From assembly GCA_038233095.1 (NCBI GenBank), contig JBBSMR010000003.1:74476-98475 (forward strand): 24,000 nucleotides of DNA, written 5' to 3'. The notes beneath the pieces were generated by a model that had not been told where the DNA came from, did not search any database, and saw nothing but the letters and a program-made list of their open reading frames with translations. This document shows positions 16,501 through 23,880 of the stretch, piece after piece (position 1 is the stretch's first letter; the number at the start of each line of letters is the position of its first letter). This DNA comes from Euzebyales bacterium. GTDB lineage: Bacteria; Actinomycetota; Nitriliruptoria; Euzebyales; Egibacteraceae. Made by a program: the position numbers and the translations under genes.

Positions 16501-17502
16501 GTGGGCACCGACAGCGTCCTGGCCTGCACCGGTCTCACCGTCGGGTACGCGCAGACGCCGATCCTGCACCACCTCGACGTGCACATCGAGCACGATGAGT
16601 CGGTGGCGGTGCTGGGCCCTTCTGGGTCGGGAAAGACCACCTTGTTGCAGACGGTCGCGGGGTTCTTGGTGCCTTGGGAGGGCGAGATCCGAATCGTCGG
16701 CACGCTCGTCGCGTCACCTACGAAGGTGGCGCCGCCCGAACGGCGCAGCCTCGGGGTGGTCTTCCAGCACTACGCGCTGTGGCCGCACCTGTCCGCGCTC
16801 GACAACGTTGCCTACCCCATCCGACGCCGCGGCGCCGCGACCGAGCGTGCGCGCGGAGAGGCAGGCGAGCTGCTCGACCTCATGGGCATCGGTGCCCTCG
16901 GCGACCGCCGCCCCGACGAGCTCTCCGGTGGGCAGCAACAGCGGGTCGGGCTGGCGCGCGCTCTCGCACGCCGCCCAGACGTGTACCTGTTCGACGAGCC
17001 GACCGCTCACCTGGACGCACCGCTGCGCGGCGCGCTGCAGGAGGAGCTCGCCGAGCGTCGCCGTCAGACCGGCGCGGGGGCGCTGTACGCGACGCACGAC
17101 GCGGTCGAGGCGCTCGCCGTGGCGGACCGTGTGGTGCTGCTGCGTGACGGTCGCGTCGTGCAGTCCGGCGCGCCCGTGGAGGTCTATGAACAACCGGTCG
17201 ACCTGTGGGCGGCCAGGCTCACCGGCGCCGCATCGGTCCTGCCGACCGAGGCGCTGGCGTCGATGGGGCAGGCACTGGAGACGGACCCCGACGGTCACGC
17301 GCAGGTCCTCATCCGCCCTGAGTGGGCGGCGCTGCCGGGCCCCCTGCCCGGGCTCGTCACTCAAGTCTGGTACCGGGGGGCCCACACGGACTATCGGCTT
17401 CAGACCCCTGCCGGGGATGTCGTCGTGCGCCGCGCCGGCGGGCCGTGCGCGCGCGTCGGCGAGCGGCCCGGTTGGGCGCTGCACCGCTGCTGGCCGGTCT
17501 GA
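16501..17502 (+). CDS. ABC transporter ATP-binding protein (FbpC/PotA-like importer ATPase)
   Basis: Walker A GPSGSGKTT, Q-loop, signature LSGGQQQRV, Walker B VYLFDEP, and a C-terminal TOBE-like regulatory domain. GTG start lies directly after the permease stop. Confidence 0.9.
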   Translation: MGTDSVLACTGLTVGYAQTPILHHLDVHIEHDESVAVLGPSGSGKTTLLQTVAGFLVPWEGEIRIVGTLVASPTKVAPPERRSLGVVFQHYALWPHLSALDNVAYPIRRRGAATERARGEAGELLDLMGIGALGDRRPDELSGGQQQRVGLARALARRPDVYLFDEPTAHLDAPLRGALQEELAERRRQTGAGALYATHDAVEALAVADRVVLLRDGRVVQSGAPVEVYEQPVDLWAARLTGAASVLPTEALASMGQALETDPDGHAQVLIRPEWAALPGPLPGLVTQVWYRGAHTDYRLQTPAGDVVVRRAGGPCARVGERPGWALHRCWPV

Positions 17503-17504
17503 GA

Positions 17505-17524
17505 GCCCGCGCCATCAGGCGGGC
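17505..17524. terminator. GC-rich hairpin between convergent genes (possible bidirectional terminator)
   Basis: GCCCGC (17505-17510) pairs with GCGGGC (17519-17524) around an 8-nt loop, in the 26-bp gap between the ABC ATPase stop and the DUF6390-like stop. No clear U-tract. Confidence 0.3.
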
Positions 17525-17528
17525 CGGC

Positions 17529-18347
17529 TCAGCCGAGGATGACGGCCGGGCCCGGATGCGCGAGACGGTGGTTGACCATCTCCAGCGTCCTCCGCGAATA
17601 GGCTCGCAGGGCATGCCGCCCGCGTGGGCTCAGACGGTCACAGACCCAGCCCCAGTGCATGGAGACCCAGTCACCGACCTGCACCTCCTGCACGAAGCCG
17701 AGACCGTCGATGGCCTTGACGACCGTCTCCACGCGCGGGGCGCCGAGCAGCAGCCGCCGTCCGTCCCACTCCAGAGGCCGGGACCGGACGGCGACCTCGT
17801 CGCCGGCCACCGCGACGGCCTGCCCCCAACGGATGCGGCAGCGGTCGAGGATCTCCAACGGCTGGCCACCACGGTCCTCGGGGCGCAACAGCCCCACCCA
17901 CGGGTAGACGCAGAAAACATGAAAGCTGTGGTGGGGCACTCCTCCAGCAGGGATCGACTCGGCCAGGCGGTCCCAGCCTGGCCCCGCGCGTCGACGAAAG
18001 CGTTCCTCCAGCGAGTTGCCCATCAGCGCCGTGGGCACCTCATCGAGCAGGCGGTTCCCGACCCAGTACGCCTCCACCACGCGTCGGTCGAGCGGATCCA
18101 AGCCGCTGGATTCCGCCAATAGCTGCAGATAGGGCCACGCACCATTGAAGGCCTGTGCGATCTGCACGATGCCGGCGTCCACGACCCGCGCCGCGCCGTA
18201 CTCGAGCAGCTCGCGATGATCCGTGGGGCCGCAGTATCCGCGTTCGTTCGGGGCGTAGGCGTAGCGCGCGAACAGCAGCGGTCCGAAGGAATCGGGGAGG
18301 GTCCGGGGGACGGTGTCCGACGTGGTGGGGGGCCGACCGGGATCCAT
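17529..18347 (-). CDS. Uncharacterised hydrogenase-cluster protein (DUF6390-like by recollection), last gene of the hyp operon
   Basis: 272 aa with strong codon bias. N-terminal LLFARYAYAPNERGYCGP motif. The C-terminal ~70 aa resemble a HypC fold (see findings). The family name comes from memory, not a search. Confidence 0.7.
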   Translation of the reverse strand: MDPGRPPTTSDTVPRTLPDSFGPLLFARYAYAPNERGYCGPTDHRELLEYGAARVVDAGIVQIAQAFNGAWPYLQLLAESSGLDPLDRRVVEAYWVGNRLLDEVPTALMGNSLEERFRRRAGPGWDRLAESIPAGGVPHHSFHVFCVYPWVGLLRPEDRGGQPLEILDRCRIRWGQAVAVAGDEVAVRSRPLEWDGRRLLLGAPRVETVVKAIDGLGFVQEVQVGDWVSMHWGWVCDRLSPRGRHALRAYSRRTLEMVNHRLAHPGPAVILG

Positions 18348-18434
18348 GGACGCTCCGAGCTCGTAGGACTCTTCGGCGACCAGTATGCAACCCGAGTTAC
18401 GGGGGAGGCCGAGAAACAGCCCGCAGTCGGTCGA

Positions 18435-19517
18435 TCAGCAGATGCGAGGAAGGGGGTCGCCGACGAGCATGTCGATCATGCGGTGGCCGCCGAAGGTCGT
18501 GCGGCCGAGCACGCGGCCCTCGGGCTCGTCGCGCACCTCGCCGATGATCGCGGCGTCCGCGCCGGCCGGATGCGAGCGCAGCGCGTCGAGCGCGGCGTCG
18601 GCGTGCTCGGGTGCGACGAAGGCGACGAGCTTGCCTTCGTTCGCGACGTAGAGCGGGTCGATGCCGAGGATCTCCCCGGCGCCGACGACTTCGGGTCGCA
18701 GCGGCAGTCGCTGCTCGTCGATCACCACGCCCAACCGGGTGGCCAGCGCGATCTCGTTCAGCACCGTGGCGACCCCGCCCCGGGTGGCGTCGCGCATGCA
18801 GTGCAGCGATTCGCCACAGGCCTCGAGCATCGCCTCGGCCAGCGGCCACAAGGGCTGGGTGTCGCTGGAGACGTCGGCGTCGATGTCGAGCTCACCCCTG
18901 GCCAGCATGATCGCCACACCGTGATCGCCGATCGTGCCCGAGACGAGCACCTTGTCGCCGGGACGGACCAGTTCGGGCGCGACCGCGACGCCGGAGGGCA
19001 CGGCGCCCACCCCGGTCGTGGTGATGTAGAGCATGTCGGCCTTGCCGCGCTGCACGACCTTCGTGTCCCCGGCGACGATCGCGACGCCGGCCCGCCGTGC
19101 GGCCGCTCCCATGGCCCCCACCTCGGCCGCGAGCACCTGCGCGTCGAGGCCCTCCTCGAGGATGAGCGCCGCCGACAACCACGCCGGACGAGCTCCGACC
19201 ATGGCGAGATCGTTCGCCGTGCCGTTCACGGCTAGCTCGCCGATCGACCCGCCTGGGAAGGTGATCGGCTGGACGACGAACGAGTCGGTGGTGAAAGCAA
19301 GCCTCGCGCCGTCGAGCGCGAGCACCGCCGCGTCGCCGAGCGCCGCCAGCGTCGGGTTCTCCAGCGCGGGCACGATCAATCCCTCGACGAGCTGGCGGGA
19401 CGCCTTGCCGCCTGCCCCGTGCGACATGGTGATGTGCTCGTCGATGAAACGGGGGCGTCGCCGGCGCATGTCCTCGATGCGCTCGATGACTTCGTGTTCG
19501 GTGAACTGCTTGGGCAT
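18435..19517 (-). CDS. hypE: Hydrogenase maturation carbamoyl dehydratase HypE
   Basis: 360 aa, PurM-like. N-terminal ITMSHGAGGKAS and the diagnostic C-terminal PRIC. GGAGG-containing SD upstream. Confidence 0.95.
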   Translation of the reverse strand: MPKQFTEHEVIERIEDMRRRRPRFIDEHITMSHGAGGKASRQLVEGLIVPALENPTLAALGDAAVLALDGARLAFTTDSFVVQPITFPGGSIGELAVNGTANDLAMVGARPAWLSAALILEEGLDAQVLAAEVGAMGAAARRAGVAIVAGDTKVVQRGKADMLYITTTGVGAVPSGVAVAPELVRPGDKVLVSGTIGDHGVAIMLARGELDIDADVSSDTQPLWPLAEAMLEACGESLHCMRDATRGGVATVLNEIALATRLGVVIDEQRLPLRPEVVGAGEILGIDPLYVANEGKLVAFVAPEHADAALDALRSHPAGADAAIIGEVRDEPEGRVLGRTTFGGHRMIDMLVGDPLPRIC

Positions 19518-19539
19518 CGTGCCTCCGGATCAGGACTTT

Positions 19540-20664
19540 TCAGACCTCGACGTGCATCCGCTTCTTCGCGTAGCGGCCGTAGTTGTAGTACGCGGCGCAG
19601 GCGCCCTCGGACGAGACCATGCACGTTCCGATCGGCGTCTCCGGGGTGCAGGCGGTGCCGAAGACCTTGCACTCCCACGGCTTCAGCACGCCCTTCAGGA
19701 CCTCGCCGCACTGGCAGGACTTCGGATCGGCGACGCGCACACCCGGAACGGGGTAGCGCAGCTCCGTGTCGTACTCCGCGTACCGGGACGACAGCTTCAG
19801 CGCCGAGTGGGAGATGAACCCGAGGCCACGCCATTCGAAGTGCGGCCGGAGCTCGAAGACGTCGGCCATCACCCGCAGCGCCTGCGGGTTGCCGTCCCAC
19901 GGCACGATGCGGGCGTACTGGTTCTCGACCTCGGTCCGGCCCTCGGCGAACTGGCGCATGATCCAGGCGATCGACTCGAGCACGTCGAGCGGCTCGAAGC
20001 CCGCGCACACGACCGGCTTGCCGTGCTGGGCGGGGACGAACTCGTAGGGACGGCAGCCGATCACGGTCGAGACGTGGCCCGGCCCGATGAACGCGTCGAG
20101 GCGCAGATCGGGGGAGTCGAGGATCGCCTTGATCGCCGGGATGATCGTCACGTGGTTGCAGAAGACCGAGAAGTTCGTGATGCCCTCGCCCTTCGCCCGT
20201 ACGAGCGTGAGCGCCGTCGAGGGCGCGGTCGTCTCGAAGCCGATCGCGTAGAAGATGACCTGCTTCTCCGGGTTCTCGCGGGCGATGCGCAGCGCGTCCA
20301 GCGGCGAATACACCATCCGGATGTCGGCGCCCCGGGCGTTGGCGTCGAGGAACGAGCCGGTGCTGCCGGGCACGCGCATCATGTCGCCGAAGCAGGTGAG
20401 GATGACGTCGTCGTGCTGCTCGGCGATCGCGACCGCGTCGTCGACCCGACCCATCGGGATCACGCAGACGGGACAGCCGGGGCCGTGCACCAGCTCGATG
20501 GTCTCCGGCAGGAAGTCATGGACACCGAACCGGTAGATCGCGTGGGTGTGCCCGCCGCACACCTCCATGATCTTGTAGTGCCGACCGGGCTCGGCAAGGC
20601 TGGCGATCTGGGCCGCGAGCGCGCGCGCGAGCTCCGGGTCGCGGTATTCGTCTACGAAACGCAT
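19540..20664 (-). CDS. hypD: Hydrogenase maturation Fe-S protein HypD
   Basis: 374 aa. Motifs MEVCGGHTH, GPGCPVCV and FETTAP, plus C-terminal Cys motifs. Confidence 0.95.
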   Translation of the reverse strand: MRFVDEYRDPELARALAAQIASLAEPGRHYKIMEVCGGHTHAIYRFGVHDFLPETIELVHGPGCPVCVIPMGRVDDAVAIAEQHDDVILTCFGDMMRVPGSTGSFLDANARGADIRMVYSPLDALRIARENPEKQVIFYAIGFETTAPSTALTLVRAKGEGITNFSVFCNHVTIIPAIKAILDSPDLRLDAFIGPGHVSTVIGCRPYEFVPAQHGKPVVCAGFEPLDVLESIAWIMRQFAEGRTEVENQYARIVPWDGNPQALRVMADVFELRPHFEWRGLGFISHSALKLSSRYAEYDTELRYPVPGVRVADPKSCQCGEVLKGVLKPWECKVFGTACTPETPIGTCMVSSEGACAAYYNYGRYAKKRMHVEV

Positions 20665-20678
20665 GGGTCTCGACCTCT

Positions 20679-20954
20679 CTAGGCTGTGAGCTTCTCCAGA
20701 GCGACTTTGGCGTGCACGAGCAGCAGGTCACCGGCTGCGACCGGGCCGACGAGGTCGGTCGCGACCACCTCTTCACGACCCGTTTCGTCGCGGCACCGCG
20801 CGTCATAGGCGTCGGCCTCGACGACTCTCAGCGCCACGGCCACGTCCCCGCAGGTGATGCAGCCGTCGTCGATCGAGCAGGCGTCGACCGGTGTGCCGAG
20901 CGACGGCGGTGGTGCTGGGCCGGCGAGCGGCAGCAACGGCGACGCGCCGCTCAT
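20679..20954 (-). CDS. HypC/HybG/HupF-family chaperone paralog (no N-terminal Cys; internal CITCGD motif)
   Basis: Track ORF 20679..21221, trimmed to ATG 20952-20954, an ATGA overlap with the hypC stop. MSGASPLL...CSIDDGCITCGDVAVALRVVE...AAGDLLLVHAKVALEKL matches the HupF-like branch as I recall it. Confidence 0.7.
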   Translation of the reverse strand: MSGASPLLPLAGPAPPPSLGTPVDACSIDDGCITCGDVAVALRVVEADAYDARCRDETGREEVVATDLVGPVAAGDLLLVHAKVALEKLTA

Positions 20955-21223
20955 TCGATCCTCGATCCGGCGATCTCGGCGACCTCGGTGTCGAACTGCT
21001 CGCCGAGCAGCTTCAAGCCGCTCATCGCCGTGGCCGCCTCCTCCTCGTCGATGATCGACATCGCGAAGCCGACGTGGATGAGCACCCAGTCGCCGATCTC
21101 GATGCCTTCGTCCTTTACCAGGCCGATGTTGATGTTGCGTCGGACACCGGTGACCTCGACCTTGGCGAGCTGGTCGGTCTCCTCGAGGAAGTCGACCACC
21201 TGGCCCGGGATGCCAAGACACAT
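20951..21223 (-). CDS. hypC: Hydrogenase maturation chaperone HypC
   Basis: Track ORF 20951..21373, trimmed to ATG 21221-21223, giving the canonical MCLGIPGQVV N-terminus. IGDWVLIHVGFA motif present. GGAAAGGAG SD upstream. Confidence 0.9.
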   Translation of the reverse strand: MCLGIPGQVVDFLEETDQLAKVEVTGVRRNINIGLVKDEGIEIGDWVLIHVGFAMSIIDEEEAATAMSGLKLLGEQFDTEVAEIAGSRIE

Positions 21224-21227
21224 GGCG

Positions 21228-21584
21228 TTAGCTCCTTTCCGCCGGTTCGGCGGCGTGATAGCGGATCGACTCGAGTACCAGGTCGTCGCCGCCCTCGCGG
21301 GTGACCCGGACGCTTCCACACGTCGGGCAGGCGGGCGTCGGATCGCGCGAGTCGAAGGTGGCGCCGCAGTCATCGCAGGTGCCCTGCACGGGCACGAAGA
21401 CCAGCTCGGGGTGGGCCCCGTCGGCGACGCTGCCGGCGGCGACCAGCTCGAATGACTGGGCGAAGGCTTCGGGCTGAACGCGCAACAGGGTGCCGACCCG
21501 TACCGTCAGGCCGGCGACCGGGCGGCCGTCCGCGCGCCGCTCGACCGCGGCCAGGACGCTCTCGCACATGCCGATCTCGTGCAT
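21228..21584 (-). CDS. hypA: Hydrogenase nickel-insertion protein HypA
   Basis: Track ORF 21228..21629, trimmed to ATG 21582-21584, giving the MHE nickel-binding N-terminus (MHEIGMCESVL). Zinc site CDDCG...CPTCG. Confidence 0.9.
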   Translation of the reverse strand: MHEIGMCESVLAAVERRADGRPVAGLTVRVGTLLRVQPEAFAQSFELVAAGSVADGAHPELVFVPVQGTCDDCGATFDSRDPTPACPTCGSVRVTREGGDDLVLESIRYHAAEPAERS

Positions 21585-21588
21585 GGCC

Positions 21589-22098
21589 TCAGCCTCTCTC
21601 GTCAATGGGCAGGGTGTGACCCAGCCCATTGTCGGGCTCGCTCAGCAGTGTCACAAGCTGCTCCACCGTGGGCTCGACCGCCGCCTCGACCACAGGGGAG
21701 AGGCCCATCCGCTCGCTGACCTCGGCGGGCTCGCACCCAACCACGACCGTGGGTGGCAGCGTCCCCCCGAGGCCGCGCAGGCTCGCGAAGACCGTGGCCG
21801 GGTCCATGGCGTGGCTGTCGACCGTACCCCGCTCGGTCTGCTCGTCCGGATCGACGTGCAGGAGCGAGACCGTGCCAGGCTCAGCGCCGCTCGGCAGGGC
21901 GTCGATCAGCACGAGCTGGTCGACCCCGTTCAGCAGGTCATAGGCCAGATGAATCCCGCCGATGCCGTAGTCCTTCACCCGCACACCTTCGGGCAGCGGG
22001 CGCGCGGCCAACCGACGGGCGACCTCAGATCCGAAGCCGTCGTCACCCAGAAAGATGTTGCCGACTCCGGCGACCAGGACGCTCCTGCACTCGGCCAA
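21589..22098 (-). CDS. hupD: [NiFe]-hydrogenase maturation endopeptidase (HupD/HyaD/HybD family)
   Basis: Core VLVAGVGNIFLGDDGFG...LIDA...DSHAM... is typical of the family. The track ORF extends to 22341, but that extension is Arg-rich and overlaps a better-biased frame. TTG 22096-22098 gives MAECRSVLVAGVGN (169 aa). The start is uncertain. Confidence 0.8.
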   Translation of the reverse strand: MAECRSVLVAGVGNIFLGDDGFGSEVARRLAARPLPEGVRVKDYGIGGIHLAYDLLNGVDQLVLIDALPSGAEPGTVSLLHVDPDEQTERGTVDSHAMDPATVFASLRGLGGTLPPTVVVGCEPAEVSERMGLSPVVEAAVEPTVEQLVTLLSEPDNGLGHTLPIDERG

Positions 22099-22102
22099 AC
22101 GC

Positions 22103-22375
22103 CTAACCGCCCTGGTCGCCGGGCTTGAGCAGCGGCATCGCGGGGTCGATCGGCGGCAGCGGGTCGACCCCGGACCACGACGAGGGACCTTTGCGGTCCA
22201 TCGAGTCCTTCTTCCCGCTGGCTCTTGCTTGCCTGGGTATCGCGGTGCCGCGGCCGCGGCTGCCAGGCCGTCCGCGTTGCTCCTGCGACTCCGCTTCCGA
22301 GAACCGTCCTGCCGGGAACGGGTTGGCCCGCTCCAGGTCACTTGGCTCCATCACCATGCCTCGTCGGTTTGGCAT
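22103..22375 (-). CDS. Hypothetical low-complexity protein (90 aa) upstream of hupD
   Basis: Hand-counted GC by codon position is about GC3 82%, GC1 70%, GC2 61%, the pattern expected for a coding frame. ATG 22375 has GGGAG 8 nt upstream. The TAG stop lies 4 nt before the proposed hupD start. The sequence is Pro/Gly/Arg/Ser-rich with no Cys and no recognised family. Confidence 0.45.
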   Translation of the reverse strand: MPNRRGMVMEPSDLERANPFPAGRFSEAESQEQRGRPGSRGRGTAIPRQARASGKKDSMDRKGPSSWSGVDPLPPIDPAMPLLKPGDQGG

Positions 22376-22392
22376 CGCTCATGCTCCCTTCG

Positions 22393-22506
22393 TCACATCG
22401 ACCTGATCTTGACGTAGCGCTTGATGTCGTCCAGCGAGGCGACCACCGCCGCGGTGAGCATGACGGCGACCGTTCCGAGCATCGTACGCAGGATCCACTT
22501 CTCCAT
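22393..22506 (-). CDS. 37-aa single-TM micro-protein (not in the ORF track)
   Basis: MEKWILRTMLGTVAVMLTAAVVASLDDIKRYVKIRSM. The ATG is preceded by GAAGGAGG (22513-22520) with a 6-nt spacer. 35 of 37 codons end in G/C. One hydrophobic helix is followed by a basic tail. Confidence 0.6.
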   Translation of the reverse strand: MEKWILRTMLGTVAVMLTAAVVASLDDIKRYVKIRSM

Positions 22507-22533
22507 GTCGCGCCTCCTTCGTGTGGCGTTCCA

Positions 22534-22551
22534 CCGACCCCCCAGGGTCGG
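22534..22551 (-). promoter_or_regulatory. Intra-operon GC hairpin (7-bp stem, 4-nt loop)
   Basis: CCGACCC (22534-22540) pairs with GGGTCGG (22545-22551). Sits between the 440-aa gene stop and the SD of the micro-ORF. No U-tract. Confidence 0.3.
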
Positions 22552-22557
22552 CGACTG

Positions 22558-23880
22558 CTAGGACTGCACCTCCTTGAGCGGCAGCGGATCAACCTCGTCG
22601 CTCGCGAAATACTGGAAACGGCCGTACCAACGGTGCAGCTCCGCCGCGGGGTCGTCGACCAAGGTCACGGCGAGGTAGACCTCACCCTCCTCGGTGCGCA
22701 CGATCCGCTCCACGAGCGCCTCCCGTCCGTCAGCAAAGAGATCGTGGGCGTCGGCGCGGCGCCGGGGACGCAGGATCACACGCTCTCCCACCGCCACCGT
22801 CTCGCCGCCCACCTGGATCGCGCGCACAGGCGCCTCCCCCACGCCGAGCAGGTCGCGCACCTCGTCGGTCACGGCGGCCGCCGGCTCGGGCCGCAGATCG
22901 GCGGGGCGCAGCTCGCGGACCGTGCCGTGCAGGCGCTCCTGCACCGCCGCGGGGAGCGTGTCCGTGCGGTCGATCAGCTCCGCGGCGCGCGGATCGGTCG
23001 CCCGTGCCCGGCGCCTCTCCTCGTCTGACAGCCCGAGCACACACAACGCGAGCAGCTCGTCGACCTCGGTCGCGTCGAACGACGGTCCGGGGCTCTCGGC
23101 GGCGATCTGAGGATGGTCGTAGAGGATGATCGGGGCGCCGAGCACGACGTCGTCGTCCTCGCCGACCAGCACCGGATGCAAGCCACGGTGGTGCAGGTCC
23201 GCGACGGCTTCCTCGGCCCACTCCGGAGGATCGATCGCCGAGGCGAACACGCCGTCGTCGACCGCGAACAGCACGTGCGCGCCGATGACCGCGCGTCGCA
23301 GCACGTCGTCGCGAGGCGCGCGCTGCGCGGACCATGGTGTGTCGTTCTGCACCGCCGCCCGCAGCTTGTACACGTCGGGTCCAAGCCGAGTCACCTCGAC
23401 GCGCAGCTCACCGCACACCGGCTCGGTGCTGCGCACCGCCTGGCCGGCCGCGCCGAGCGCTTCCCGCTCCTGCGAGCCGTCCAGGTCGAAGCGAGCACGC
23501 CACGGTCCGGCCTCGCCAAGGACCACCGCCGCCGTGACCTCGTGCTCGAGCCCCTCCTCCCAGGTCGGGACGGGGTCGCCGTCGACCTCCAGCTCGTCGA
23601 CGGGCTGGCCCTCGGCGTCGAGCATCTGGCGCAGCCGCAGGTGCAGGAAGCGCGCCGAGACGTCGACGACGGCTCCTGCGGGCGCGCGGACGAGCGCTTC
23701 ACAGTGGACGGCGCTCGGCTCGGTGGCGCCGAGCTCGACCTGGGCCTGCGGGATGACCACGCCCCACTGCCACCGGTACTTGTTCTTGAGCGCCGATGCC
23801 CGGTACGGGAAGAGCACGTAACCCTCGTAGAGCACGGCATCGGCGACCTGCCGCGCGAGCTGCAGCGTCTCGGCGCTCAT
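22558..23880 (-). CDS. Conserved-looking hypothetical protein (440 aa) in the hydrogenase maturation operon
   Basis: Track ORF 22558..23952, trimmed to ATG 23878-23880, an ATGA overlap with the upstream gene's stop. Strong codon bias throughout. Only 3 Cys and no metal-cluster or nucleotide-binding motif that I recognise. Confidence 0.7.
   Translation of the reverse strand: MSAETLQLARQVADAVLYEGYVLFPYRASALKNKYRWQWGVVIPQAQVELGATEPSAVHCEALVRAPAGAVVDVSARFLHLRLRQMLDAEGQPVDELEVDGDPVPTWEEGLEHEVTAAVVLGEAGPWRARFDLDGSQEREALGAAGQAVRSTEPVCGELRVEVTRLGPDVYKLRAAVQNDTPWSAQRAPRDDVLRRAVIGAHVLFAVDDGVFASAIDPPEWAEEAVADLHHRGLHPVLVGEDDDVVLGAPIILYDHPQIAAESPGPSFDATEVDELLALCVLGLSDEERRRARATDPRAAELIDRTDTLPAAVQERLHGTVRELRPADLRPEPAAAVTDEVRDLLGVGEAPVRAIQVGGETVAVGERVILRPRRRADAHDLFADGREALVERIVRTEEGEVYLAVTLVDDPAAELHRWYGRFQYFASDEVDPLPLKEVQS

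Noticed and set aside
15055-16593. 512-aa minus-strand ORF antisense to the ABC permease
   Set aside because: Extremely Arg/Gly/Asp/Glu-rich. The opposite strand encodes a textbook polytopic permease.
19033-20682. 549-aa plus-strand ORF antisense to hypE and hypD
   Set aside because: hypD and hypE carry diagnostic motifs (GPGCPVC, PRIC) on the minus strand. The plus-strand product has no motifs and a skewed composition.
21589-22341. Long (250-aa) version of the hupD protease ORF
   Set aside because: The N-terminal 80 aa are Arg-rich (…SRKRSRRSNADGLAAAAAAPRY…) and overlap a frame with better coding statistics and its own SD. The protease family core starts at VLVAGVGN, so I trimmed to TTG 22098. 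This remains uncertain.
22338-22382. 14-codon ORF MSDAKPTRHGDGAK starting at the ATG nearest the GGGAG motif
   Set aside because: Only 1 nt separates GGGAG from this ATG, which is too close for an SD. The next ATG (22375, another frame) has 8-nt spacing and opens the 90-aa frame.
22225-23028. 267-aa plus-strand ORF (with 23113..23979) antisense to the 440-aa gene
   Set aside because: Codon third-position bias favours the minus-strand frames. The plus-strand products are His/Arg/Gly/Asp-rich and span minus-strand gene boundaries.
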